Assembly (NCBI GenBank): GCA_963825865.1
Contig: CAWGVG010000057.1
Coordinates: forward strand, 32,001 to 96,000
DNA from: an uncultured Nitrososphaeraceae archaeon
GTDB taxonomy: Archaea; Thermoproteota; Nitrososphaeria; Nitrososphaerales; Nitrososphaeraceae
DNA: 64,000 nt
Direction of reading: 5' to 3'
Shown: piece after piece, positions 10,918 to 22,148 of the stretch
Layout: each line of letters starts with the position of its first letter
Position numbering within the stretch: the first letter of the stretch is position 1
The notes under the pieces: generated by a model
Told to the model about the DNA's origin: nothing
The model's input: only the letters and a program-made list of their open reading frames with translations
Database searches by the model: none
Translations under genes and position numbers: made by a program

Positions 10918-11548
10918 ATGAATTTGCCGCTGGCAATCTTTATGCGTCACGGACAGGCTGATAACAACGTCAATAGGATCCTTGTAGGTCGATATGTTGA
11001 GTCACACCTTACCGAATATGGCAAACAGCAAGTAGCCGACACAGCAAAACATTTGAAAAATGTGCCAATCGGAAAAGTATATGTAAGTCCTGTGATCCGA
11101 GCTGTGGAAACTGCAAAGATTGTTTGTAAAACTTTAGGAATAAACTATCAAATTGATGAGCGATTATATGAGATTGAGCTTGGCAAACTAGTTGGCATGA
11201 ATTTCGAAGATATAATTCAAAAGTATGGAAATTTATTCTTAAAATTCTACACCGAAACCGACTCAACGCTAACATGCTACGGAGTTGAGACTTTTGGCTC
11301 TGTGAAACTAAGAATAAAACATTTGCTTGATGAAATAGTGGAAAACCACCAAGACAAAAATGTACTGAATGATCACCCATCTAGATCCAATCAAAGCTGC
11401 GATTTCTATTTTACTTGACTTAAAATCTCAAGCATTATATCAATGGCATATACGGAATGCAGCGCTGACGATTTTAAAACATGAGAGCAAAATTTACTCT
11501 CTTTCTGGGGTCAATGTAATGGGTATGTATCGCTATGCTAACGAATGA
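10918..11548 (+). CDS. histidine phosphatase (phosphoglycerate mutase-like) family, frameshifted near 11370
   Basis: Motifs: MRHGQ, VSPVIRAVETA, RLYEIELG; an alternate frame continues ITHLDPIK...NAALTIL. Confidence 0.85.
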
Positions 11549-11862
11549 TTTGTTGATTCTGTTAAATATTTCTTCTTTTGATAATATTCCGTTACATTTT
11601 ATACTTCGTTTTCGATAAGCTTGAGAATGAATCTCATAGAGGACTTGAAAAATTGGTTATATTGTGCTCTCCATGATAAACGGAGTAGAAACAATAAACG
11701 ATTTTTTTTAGCAAACCTCACTTAAATCCAGAATTAGTTATTAAGACAAGAAAAATATCCAGCGGAATAGATAGCCATACACTAAATGCATTTGTTTTAA
11801 AGTCCAAAATATCAAATGATGGTCGACGTTCCTCACAAAACACACGTATAAATAAAAAATAG

Positions 11863-12186
11863 ATGGTCATAACAGATGGTTTAGAACCCCATCCTTGGAT
11901 AGTAATTGGCACAGATGGAGATTATGCTAAACCAAAACAAATTCAAGAAATAACAATTATGCGTAATGAACATGCTCAAACTCATATTGCCACTCTTATA
12001 CCAGCAAACAACTACGCTGTTGTCAACACATTAAACAATCGAGAGGGGTATGCATTGGAATTGGATAAGCAATATGATGTAACAATCAGCGTTACTGGAG
12101 ATTTCCAAGAGATAAAATGGTGGTTCACTATGAAACCAAAATCAAATGGAGAATTTGAATTTTCTAAAGCTGACGAAATCTACTGA
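11863..12186 (+). CDS. hypothetical protein, possibly the 3' part of a degraded longer gene starting near 11650
   Basis: 107-aa ORF. An upstream in-frame open stretch (FSKPHLNPELVIK...) ends in TAG immediately before the ATG. Confidence 0.45.
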   Translation: MVITDGLEPHPWIVIGTDGDYAKPKQIQEITIMRNEHAQTHIATLIPANNYAVVNTLNNREGYALELDKQYDVTISVTGDFQEIKWWFTMKPKSNGEFEFSKADEIY

Positions 12187-12447
12187 TTTCTATTACTGGC
12201 ATTCTGAATCAATGTAATCCACTTATTATCTCCTTTAATTGTAATCCCTATTTTTTAGCAGGAGTCATTCCGTTTAACCCTTCATGCGGTTTAACAATGA
12301 TTGTGAAATATTTGATATCCACATAAAATTGGAGTATCCGCCTTTTCTAGTTCTCTCATAGTTTTCTCTCGGTCTCTAACTTCACCATTTAAACGTTCCA
12401 TTTTGTTGTTATTGTGGTATCCCTGCAATCTAATGTGCCTTACACGA
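12181..12447 (-). mobile_element. DDE transposase/integrase-core (IS6-like) C-terminal remnant
   Basis: Manual translation: HIRLQGYHNNNKMERLNGEVRDREKTMR...YQIFHN..KPHEGLNGMTPA..GITIKGDNKWITLIQNA. Confidence 0.75.
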
Positions 12448-12539
12448 TGGAAGATTGCTACTATTTTATATGAAGTCTTACATCGACTAACAGTTTTTTG
12501 ATTATGATTATATAATCGCGTTGCTATACGAGAATTATA

Positions 12540-13665
12540 ATGCTAGTAGAAACACCGTCTAGGAAAGGTGTTTATAAAAGTATTCTTTTATTGTTAGTTG
12601 GTTCGTTGCTTTTACTTGGTGCATCATTATCTTCGACAACTAAATCCTATGCCCACTTTGGGCATTTAGCCCATTATAACACAGGAGGACTTGGACTAGG
12701 CAAGTATTATATTAATGAGCAAATAGATCCCGAATACACTCCTCCTGGGCAACCCAGTAAAATTAGCTTTAGTATACAAGATACTAATGGTAATGATGTA
12801 TATAATGTTGTGACTATGGTAGAGATTTATTCAGAAAGCACAGGGGAGAGGGTTAATGTGTATCCGTGGACAAAGCAAGATAGAGGAGATTTCGATTCTG
12901 TACTATGTCTTTCCCAGAGTAGGACTCTATGAAATAGTCATTAGTATTGCCGACGGTGCTAATAGTAATCGTGTAAACTTGTATGGTGTAGATCCTCCTA
13001 GAAGCATCCTTAGCAGTAACTTGAATTGCAATTGCGATAGAGCAGTTTTTAATATGTCTGTCTCTAATAATTTCGGAAATATCTTTAATTCGGCAGTATT
13101 TGGAGGAATAATATCCGCCATTGTTGTGTTTGGAGTAGTTTTGGTATTCACATATAGAAGTAGGATGAAAAGAAGAAGCACTAATGGTGATCTTTATCAA
13201 AATTTGACGAAAAACGAAATCATAAAATATTCGGTTCTTCTTTTAGCGATTTCATCCGGTATTGTACACCTAGCGGTTTATTCAGAACACGGTGGTCTTA
13301 GAATAGAGTATAGTATATTTTTATTAACTGCAGGGGCCACTCAGATTGCCTATAGTATGTTGTATACCTTGCTCACTATTACAGACCAATCATCTACAGG
13401 TCAAAGCAGAGAATTTGCAAAATTATATTATCGCAAAAGTGTAATAATCAACCTCTTTGGTTTGATAGGCAGTTCGGTGTTACTTGGACTTTATACGTAT
13501 TCGGTGACCCTCCCACCTCCTCTTTCACCAAATAATATACCAGAAGATATAGATTTTGGAGGAATATTGGACAAAGCTTTGGAACTTGCGTTGGTAATAG
13601 GAATCGTATACCTTATGAGGTCGGAAAAAAGAAATTTGCAAAGTCAATTCGTTCAGATAAAGTAA
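12540..13665 (+). CDS. exported-domain plus multi-TM hypothetical protein, possibly metal (Cu)-handling; frameshifted near 12900
   Basis: Signal peptide followed by HFGHLAHY, a beta-rich domain, CNC, then TM helices with IVHL..EHGG. Lies upstream of the cox cluster. Confidence 0.6.
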
Positions 13666-14152
13666 ACCAATTACTTGCACAATACACTATTTGGTTCTTG
13701 CCTTTGGTATGTGGAATAGTAAATACGGCTGTATGTTCGGCTCATAGTAGGTTGGCTATACTCGCAATCATATCTGAGATGACTGTCATAATAATATGTT
13801 TTTTACAATATGTCTATTAATGAAATTATTAGAAGACATGCTCGCTTTAGTTATGCTATTAGAATAATACTTGAGTTAACGATGCTTGCAATTTTGAAAA
13901 TACTTAAAGGTGTAGTTGTGATAGCCAGATGATTGTTCATATTAATACAAATATGTAGTGAGCAATTGTATGGTAGTCCCAATCTGTGACTCTTAAATTC
14001 TACTAAAATCAAAATTTTATAAATTAGAATCTACTTATTTTGGTCTGAAAAATTATTTTTCACAATTCATATTAAATGACATTCACTGCTTTTTCAAAAG
14101 CCTTAAATTAGAAAAGAAAACTTAGTTTAGGATGAAAGCGAGATAATCGTAT

Positions 14153-14425
14153 ATGGCATTATCAAGTCGGGGTTGGGGTTTAATTTTAGCCGTCCTAGCT
14201 CCTCTTGTTGTGGTCTCTGTTATGAGTATTGTTGTCGGGCAGGCTTTTGGACAGGAGGCACAACAAATTATTACCAGAAGGGTGGAAATATGGGCATTGT
14301 TTTATAGAGGTATGGTAGCAGCTTTTGTTGTTGGAGCAGTAGTTCAGGGTAGTATTATCTATGTAGGTTGGCGATTCCGAGAGGGTAACAAAAAGAATCT
14401 GCCGATGGGCGGTGCGCATAGATAA
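14153..14425 (+). CDS. small membrane subunit of the AOA heme-copper oxidase cluster (subunit II TM-like)
   Basis: Two TM helices ending ..WRFRE. Its stop overlaps the coxB start (TAATG). Confidence 0.75.
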   Translation: MALSSRGWGLILAVLAPLVVVSVMSIVVGQAFGQEAQQIITRRVEIWALFYRGMVAAFVVGAVVQGSIIYVGWRFREGNKKNLPMGGAHR

Positions 14426-15247
14426 TGGGGCATGCAACATATGAGTGGATATATGTTGCAGTTGTTATTGCACTTCTTACTTGGGTGGGTGCTGATGCTT
14501 GGAATGTTGAACACAAATTAGAGGTTGTTCCTGCTCAGGCTCAAGTTATTAAGGCCATAGGCCAGCAATGGTTTTGGACTTTTGAACATGCGAATGGGAC
14601 ACAAGAAGTCGGACAGCTTCATGTTAAAGCTGGCATACCTTACAGATTTGAAGTTGCTTCAAAAGATGTTATTCACTCATATAATGTTCCTGACTTTACT
14701 ATACTAATGGATGCAGTTCCAGGTAGAATTAACACAGTATGGAATATGTTTGACAAGCCTGGTGAATATTTGATTCAATGCAGGGAATATTGTGGTCTGC
14801 TTCATTACAATATGAGAGCAAAACTGTTTGTTGAACCAGCAAATGCACAAGGATATGATTACGCGCTTACTAATCAAACTCAAACAGCTGGAGGAGGAGG
14901 AGTAGCAGAACCTGCAAGTCCTGCTGCTACTACTTCAACAGTCTGCTACTGGACCAGTTTTAACTATTCCACAAGGTGCTTCTGTTCAGGGAAATCCAGC
15001 TTACAAGCCTGATCCTATGACCGTGAAGAAAGGTGATACTATACAAGTAGAAAACAAAGATACTACTCTTCATACAGTTACAAGTGGCAAAACTCTAGAA
15101 GATCCAAATAAAGGAAAGATGTTTGATACAAGTATGATCAACCCTGGCGCAACGGCTAAAATCTCGACTGCTAGTCTAAATCCCGGTGAATATCCCTTCC
15201 ACTGCGATGTACATCCCTACATGATAGGAACGCTGAAAGTACAGTAG
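14425..15247 (+). CDS. coxB: heme-copper oxidase subunit II with a C-terminal fused cupredoxin domain (frameshift near 14941)
   Basis: GQQWFWTF, DVIHSY and the CuA motif CREYCGLLHYNM, then a Gly/Ala/Thr linker and HTVTSG...YPFHCDVHPYM. Confidence 0.9.
14943..15247 (+). repeat. copy 1 of a 305-bp duplicated cupredoxin module (copy 2 at 19238-19542)
   Basis: Direct comparison shows only two differences, both synonymous (GGA/GGG and CCC/CCA). Confidence 0.95.
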
Positions 15248-15671
15248 TTATCACCATTGGCATTGCAATGACCTGTTACGCTAAATAGTATGTAATTTAT
15301 CCTTTCTTTATTATGAGGATCATTTACCTGTTTTCTTATTACTTTTGTGTTTACTAAATGAATTAGTATTATTATTCAATTCCACAATTATGGTCGCATA
15401 TATAGATTGTAAAAGGAACTAAATTCCCAATAACGTTGGAAATAGAGGGTTTCTGTTCAATTAAAAAATATGTACTTGCAAATTTAGAGGTCTATGATTA
15501 AATTAACTCCTTGTAGTCAGTTATCCCTTGCACATTCCTTATTTACAAAGAACACATGAGGATCCTTATTTTAGCTTGGGAAGTTGTTAACTTTAATATC
15601 ACCAAGATTATTTGATAGAGTTTCTGTCTTTGTTTCGGAATCCTTTCATATAGAAAAATTTGCTAACTAAC

Positions 15672-16855
15672 TGAGACTGGGGCATAAATTTCCTGTTCAT
15701 AAGTTTACCAACTTCTATCAATGGTTTTGAATAAAGCTACCTCAGGTGTTGGTGTTTTGGTGAACTACAGTCAAAAAATCCCAAAGACTAGCCTCAGGAT
15801 ATGTTTCAGAATCTATCCTAATTAGCATCTTGTATATGATAGGATTGATTCCATGGTCCAAATCACAACATAAGAAGAGAGGCAGACCATATGTCTATTC
15901 TCCAACTGTAATACTGAGATGTTTTGTAGTTAGGATATGGTTTAGACTGGATCCTAACAGAGCATTACATGATTTCCTTGCCATGGATTGTTATCCTTAC
16001 AATAGAAAGATAATGAAAGCATGTGGATTAACCAGTCTTCCTGATAGAAGGACATTTGACAGAAGGCTTTCGACAATATCTGTAAACATCAAAGAAATGA
16101 TATCAAGTATGGGAAATCTATTTGTAAACGAAAGATTAGTTGACCCATACATTGTTGCAATAGATAGTACATTGCTTAGAGCAAAGGACATCTCTGGCAC
16201 AAATCATCTATGATTGAAGGAGTAGTATCTCGTTCAGGTATTTGCAGATACAGATGCAAGATGGGGATTCAGTCACACCAAGGGATGGATATTTGGGTAC
16301 AAGCTGCATATAACAGCAAGTACTGGTTCTCTTATAATGCCACTATCGGTAGATTTTACTCAGGCTAATGTACAAGAAGATAATCAGATATATCCTACAA
16401 TAACATGCTCTTCATCACTTCCACAAGGAGTACATTACATGGCTCTGCTGATTCTGGATATGATGACCATAAGCTGTATAATTTGAGCATAGGCAGAGGA
16501 TTTGAGCTGGTATGTCCAGTATCAGAAATATACAACAATACTTCAAGTGACAGACTGCAATTGATAGAATTCTATGAATCTAAATTAGGACAGATAATTT
16601 ATTCTTGGAGAGGCATATCGGTAGAGCCGTTAATAGAACACATCAAAGATGTCTTCAAAATAGATCCCTTGCCAGTAAGAGGTACCAGAAAGCAGCTGGA
16701 CTAGTATTGCTATCAGTACTACTCTACCAAATCATTGTTTATTACAATTGTAAGACATGCAAAGAACATCCAAAAGCAATCAAACACATGTTAGTAAGCT
16801 AATGAACAACAAAACTAACTTGAAAATTGCATGATCAAATTATGCCCCACTCTCA
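15672..16855 (+). mobile_element. IS element with a DDE_Tnp_1-type (IS4/IS5-like) transposase, multiply frameshifted, lying between coxB and coxA
   Basis: Terminal IRs tgagactggggcataa / ttatgccccactctca. Transposase motifs KRGRP, AIDSTL, DARWG..GWIFGYKLH, ADSGYD, SVEPLIEHIK. Confidence 0.88.
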
Positions 16856-17113
16856 AATAGTTAGTATAGCGGCTATAGTTGGTTCAGTTATTAGGGTCGT
16901 TAGTTTGACTTTATACTTACAGGAAAATTAATGATTGAGAAACCTGATATCATTGTTGATACATATATATATATATATATTCAAGAAGGAGAATTTAGAA
17001 CTTGATAGGTTCCCATTAAAACTGGTAAGGAATATACATTTTTGGCTCGCATAAAACAAAATACTTTTATTGATATTATGATCCATACTAATAGCAAATA
17101 GGTGGATATGTGA

Positions 17114-18637
17114 GTGGTATTAGAGGTTAAAAAACCGCGTCCGATGTGGGAGATTCTCTTCTCAACTCACCACACAGATATTGGCCTGCTTTACATGATG
17201 ACGTCTATTGCATTTCTAATGATAGGTGGTGCCTTGGCGCTTGCTATACGGTCAGAATTGTTTCTGCCAGGTCAGCAAATATTTCAAAGTCCTAATGATT
17301 TTGAGCGATTCTTCACAGTACACGGAACTACAATGCTGCTGTTATGGGTTATTCCTTTTGGAGCTGGTATAGGAAACTACCTAATTCCAATTATGGTCAG
17401 ATACAAAGATATGGCGTGGCCTAAACTAAACGCTGTAGCGTATTGGATGATACCTGTTGCAGGAGCGCTAATATGGCTCGGGTTCTCAGACACTGGCTGG
17501 ACTGCCTATCCTCCATATTCTATTATTAGAGGAGCAGGGCCTGCAACTGATATGTGGATCTTTGGTATGAAAATCTTGGGTATTTCATCTATACTTGGTT
17601 CGATTAATTTTGTAGTTACAATTCTTAAAATGAAGCACCCCGATTTGCCAATAATGAAAATGTCATTATTTGCTTGGGCTACACTAATGACATCCTTCAT
17701 GATCATCGTTTCAATGCCAACGGTTACATCTGCTCTTATTATGATGTATACTGATCGACTTGGCATATCTGGTTTCTTCAACCCCGCTATGGGTGGCGAT
17801 CCTATTGCATACCAGCACTTGTTCTGGTTTACATTCCATCCCGAAGTGTATATTTTCTTAATACCTGCTGTAGGTATGGCATATGAGCTTATACCTAAGT
17901 TCTCTAGAAAACCAATCTTTAGTTATCAATCCGGAGTAGTCGCCTTCATACTCTTGGGTACCATTGGATTTGCATCCTGGGCTCATCACATGTTCGCTAC
18001 TGGGATGAGCTTTACTGAAAAGACTGTATTTATGGTAGGAACACTGGCTGCTGTACCTGCTTCATCTATGCATGTATTCAACTGGATTGCAACGATGTGG
18101 GGTGGAAGGATCAAGTTTGCAGCGCCTATGTTATTTACAGTGGGTGGTATAATGCTATTCTTTACTTCTGGTGCTGGAGGAGTGGTAAATACAGCCATGC
18201 CGTTGGACTTTATTACACACGATAGTTATTTTGTAGTAGGACACTTCCACTTATTGTTAATGGGAACCGTCTCTCTAATATTTACGGGCTTCATATATTA
18301 CATGTTCCCGTTAATTACAGGCCGAATGTACAATGAAAAGTTGGCAAAGATACATTTTGTATTAGCATTCGTGGGTATTATACTTGTATTCATGACTCAA
18401 CACTTGCTGGGATTATATGGAATGCCAAGAAGAGTCTTTGACTATCTGCCAATTCCCCAACTAATCATTATGAACCAAATTGCATCGATAGGCGCATGGA
18501 TAGTCGGGCCTTCGTATGTGATCATGCTTTACAACCTGATAAAGAGCGCAGGAAGTGGTAAACATGCCGATATGAGAGATCCGTTCAAGATTGGAGAGGA
18601 ATATTATGACTACACACGACGAGAGCCCCATCATTAG
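17114..18637 (+). CDS. coxA: heme-copper oxidase subunit I
   Basis: Motifs: HTDIG, TVHG, GWTAYPP, FHPEVY, WAHHM, VGHFH, GMPRR. Confidence 0.97.
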   Translation: MVLEVKKPRPMWEILFSTHHTDIGLLYMMTSIAFLMIGGALALAIRSELFLPGQQIFQSPNDFERFFTVHGTTMLLLWVIPFGAGIGNYLIPIMVRYKDMAWPKLNAVAYWMIPVAGALIWLGFSDTGWTAYPPYSIIRGAGPATDMWIFGMKILGISSILGSINFVVTILKMKHPDLPIMKMSLFAWATLMTSFMIIVSMPTVTSALIMMYTDRLGISGFFNPAMGGDPIAYQHLFWFTFHPEVYIFLIPAVGMAYELIPKFSRKPIFSYQSGVVAFILLGTIGFASWAHHMFATGMSFTEKTVFMVGTLAAVPASSMHVFNWIATMWGGRIKFAAPMLFTVGGIMLFFTSGAGGVVNTAMPLDFITHDSYFVVGHFHLLLMGTVSLIFTGFIYYMFPLITGRMYNEKLAKIHFVLAFVGIILVFMTQHLLGLYGMPRRVFDYLPIPQLIIMNQIASIGAWIVGPSYVIMLYNLIKSAGSGKHADMRDPFKIGEEYYDYTRREPHH

Positions 18638-19542
18638 AACTACTACAAAACGTATGGCACAAGGCCTCGCAATCATAGTGATTGTGATGGCAGTAGCCGC
18701 AGCCATAGCGGTACCTAATTGGCACAATTTTGCAAAAAATCCACCACCCGTTTCAACGATTACAACTCAAACAACGGCAACTGGAGGAGGAGGCGGTGGT
18801 GGAGGTGCTTCTACTACCACCAGTGGAGGTGCGACCCAAAGTTCTCAGCCTACAGCCCTACCACCAGGTGCTACAGCCATAACTATTTTGGCAGGTGCTT
18901 CTGTTCAGGGAAATCCAAATTATAATCCATCAGACGGTAAAGTACCACTTAATAGTAAGATAGTCTGGCAGAACAAAGATAATACTGTCCACACAGCAAC
19001 GTCTGGCTCTGGTCCTTCAGATGCAAATTCAGGCAAAATATTTGATACAAAGATGCTCAATGCTGGGTCAAGCTCTACTCCACAAGAACTTAAGGGTGTA
19101 AAGGTAGGCGACGCAGTACCATATTATTGTCAAATTCATCCTTATATGACTGCAAAACTGACGGTGACTGCTGCCTTCAACTACTAGTGGCAGCGGAGGA
19201 GCTAGTTCTGCAGGGTCTACAGCCGCTACGGGAGCAGCTGCTACTGGACCAGTTTTAACTATTCCACAAGGTGCTTCTGTTCAGGGGAATCCAGCTTACA
19301 AGCCTGATCCTATGACCGTGAAGAAAGGTGATACTATACAAGTAGAAAACAAAGATACTACTCTTCATACAGTTACAAGTGGCAAAACTCTAGAAGATCC
19401 AAATAAAGGAAAGATGTTTGATACAAGTATGATCAACCCTGGCGCAACGGCTAAAATCTCGACTGCTAGTCTAAATCCCGGTGAATATCCATTCCACTGC
19501 GATGTACATCCCTACATGATAGGAACGCTGAAAGTACAGTAG
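18606..19542 (+). CDS. membrane-anchored two-domain cupredoxin (blue copper) protein, frameshift near 19180
   Basis: N-terminal TM helix and Gly/Thr linker. Domain 1: HTATSG...YYCQIHPYM. Domain 2: HTVTSG...FHCDVHPYM. Confidence 0.88.
19238..19542 (+). repeat. copy 2 of the 305-bp cupredoxin module
   Basis: Matches 14943-15247 at a constant offset of 4295, up to and including the stop codon. Confidence 0.95.
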
Positions 19543-19622
19543 CAGGCTATTTGTTTGCTCCTCTACCGATTATGTCGAATATGAATGTTAAAGATGACAA
19601 GAACTATGGTAAATAAGAAAAA

Positions 19623-20102
19623 ATGATCCTCAAAACTCTTTCTTGTGTCACACTTGGATCTGTCTTTACCCTTATGTTTATAGGAGGTTATGTCAGTGCT
19701 TCTGGAGTAGGATTGACGTGTCCTAAATGGCCGCTATGTCCTGCAGGCTTTGTACCAATGCAAGAATTTGTTATTGAATATTTCCATAGATCAGTTGCCG
19801 CTACAACCGCATTGTTAGTGTTTGTTACTACTGCTTTCACTCTGAAATCCAGAGTTAGTCCAAAGGGAATGAAAATAGCCTTGATAGTTGCTAGCTGTGC
19901 TGCGATAGGTCAAATAAGCCTAGGAGCAATAGTAATAATAGAACGATTACATGCTGTTTTAGTAACGATACATCTTGGAGTTGGACTTGTACTATTCGCA
20001 ATGATGTTGATTTCTGTATCCTATTCATATAGATTGGATAACAAAAAGAGCAAAACGATATCAGACAGCTCTTCTTTACGAACCACTACAACTAATCCAT
20101 AA
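19623..20102 (+). CDS. ctaA: short-form heme A synthase (CtaA/COX15 family)
   Basis: Motifs GGYV..GVGLTCPKWPLC, IEYFHR, QISLGA, IHLG. Confidence 0.85.
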   Translation: MILKTLSCVTLGSVFTLMFIGGYVSASGVGLTCPKWPLCPAGFVPMQEFVIEYFHRSVAATTALLVFVTTAFTLKSRVSPKGMKIALIVASCAAIGQISLGAIVIIERLHAVLVTIHLGVGLVLFAMMLISVSYSYRLDNKKSKTISDSSSLRTTTTNP

Positions 20103-20222
20103 GTGATTTGTAACTGACATTTTTAAAATATGAGTCTCAACCAAAAAATGTATCGTAAAAAATCCACGATTACTTCAGTAAAACGTAAAACATAAAACCC
20201 CTCAATACTTACCCAATTTCCT

Positions 20223-21176
20223 ATGTGGAAAGTGTTGACTCCAAAAAAAATAGCTTTTGGCGAAAATGCTGCCAGAGATTTTGAATATCCAAAGAACTCT
20301 CTAATTATTACAACTACCACTCCTGATATTTACAACAAGTGGATAAATTATATGGGAATAAAGAACTATGAAATTTATGACAAGGTTACGCCTGACCCTG
20401 CAATTGAAACTATTGAAACCATAAGAAAGAAATACGAAGGTAGGAAGAACATTTCTGCATATATAGGACTTGGAGGAGGAAGCTCGTTGGATGTATGCAA
20501 ATATCTTGGCAAACTTACTGGCATTCCAAAGATCCTTATTCCAACAACTTTTGGAACGGGAGCAGAAATGACAACTTATGCTGTTATAAGTTTCGAGCAC
20601 AAGAAAAAATTATTACAAGATGAGGCATTCCTGGCAGACGCTGCTATTGTTGATCCATATTTTTTGCCTGGAACACCATTTAATATCATGAGGAATTCAG
20701 CATGTGACGCCGCAGCTCAGGCATCAGAAGGCCATGATAGTAAACTTGGGAATCCATTTACAAAACTATTTTGTAGAGAAGCATTTGATATTTTAGAAGA
20801 CGCAATCATTAATGACAAACCACATTTGCTGCCTTACGGTGCGATGCTATCTGGAATTGGATTTGGTAATTCGTCAACAACATTAGGGCATGCACTTTCA
20901 TACGTATTTTCAAATGAAGGTGTTCCACATGGTTATTCGCTGTCGTCATGTACGACGGTAGCACACAGGTTCAACAAATCAATCTATTATGAACGATTTA
21001 AAAGAATTTGTCAAAAATTAAAGTTTGAGCCATTAAAATTAAAACAGTCATTTGATGATGCAGCTGATGTAATTATGACAGATAGAGGACATTTGGACAA
21101 CAATCCTATTCCTGTTACAAGACAAGATATAATAAAATGTCTAGATGAGATCGTAAATCAGAATCCATTAACCTGA
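20223..21176 (+). CDS. iron-containing alcohol dehydrogenase family; likely thaumarchaeal malonic semialdehyde reductase (3HP/4HB cycle)
   Basis: GLGGGSSLD, IPTTFGTGAEMT, STTLGHALSYVFSNEGVPHGYSLSSCT. Closely resembles the Nitrosopumilus maritimus enzyme as I recall it; not aligned. Confidence 0.8.
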   Translation: MWKVLTPKKIAFGENAARDFEYPKNSLIITTTTPDIYNKWINYMGIKNYEIYDKVTPDPAIETIETIRKKYEGRKNISAYIGLGGGSSLDVCKYLGKLTGIPKILIPTTFGTGAEMTTYAVISFEHKKKLLQDEAFLADAAIVDPYFLPGTPFNIMRNSACDAAAQASEGHDSKLGNPFTKLFCREAFDILEDAIINDKPHLLPYGAMLSGIGFGNSSTTLGHALSYVFSNEGVPHGYSLSSCTTVAHRFNKSIYYERFKRICQKLKFEPLKLKQSFDDAADVIMTDRGHLDNNPIPVTRQDIIKCLDEIVNQNPLT

Positions 21177-21440
21177 ACAATACATATATGTGCATAACAT
21201 GATGTGAGCCAAAATCTTCAAGATGGCTATGTTTTTTTAAAATAACATCTGAATAAATTATCGTCGTATATTGAATTGCGTGAGTTTCTCTTAATATTAT
21301 GAAAATACGATAAAGGCTAATTATTAATTTCGTATTTCCTTTAAGATGATGGTATATGAGAAACCATCGGGTGTTGTCATGACGACAAAATTTTACAAGA
21401 AACCTTTAAATTCAGTTCACAGACTTATTTTTCATATATT

Positions 21441-22053
21441 ATGACTACTATTAGCAAGAGTCTCGAAATTAATGCCCCTGTCAGGTGAAGTGTTCACCTA
21501 TTTTGCCAGACCTGAACACATGGCGGATCAATTCCCAGAGAATATGGGCCTGAACATTCTTCCAATAGAAGTAAAAAATGGCTTTGGCGTTGGCACTATT
21601 TTTAGAATTAGTGGTGATTTTGATGGTAAGAAATTAGAGTGGGATTGTGAAACTATTGATTACATACCACATCGTAAAATTATTGCACAGATGATTGAAG
21701 GTCCATTCAAACGCTGGCAAATTACAGTTCAATTTGAAGAGGTTACTGAAAGAAAGACAAAGACAAGCATCACTGTTGATTACGATATGCCAATGGGTCC
21801 TCTTGGTGGACTAATGGATAAGGTAAAGCTAAAGAAGATCGCAGAAAGAGGAATAGAAAACGGTCTATATAGGGTAAAGGCCTTACTTGAAGGAACCGGC
21901 TCAATTCCAGTATATATTACACTGGAAGCTTATAGACAGGTTCTTAAGGAAAAAGAAAGACTGAAATGCTCTGTTTCTGATGCTATAGTTAGGCTTATTG
22001 AAGATAAACAACAACAACAACAACAACAGCAAACAGCAAAAGTTTCTCAGTAA
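21441..22053 (+). CDS. SRPBCC/polyketide cyclase family protein with a poly-Gln tail (frameshift near 21483)
   Basis: MTTISKSLEINAPV then GEVFTYF...EGPFKRW...DYDMPMGPLG. A CAA repeat lies near 22009-22033. Confidence 0.8.
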
Positions 22054-22148
22054 AACTTTTCATATCTTTACTTTCTGTTCTATATCATGAATAATTTCTG
22101 ATATTTGCGAAACCACCTGTTTCTATACAGGATTTTTCTAGGAAGATA

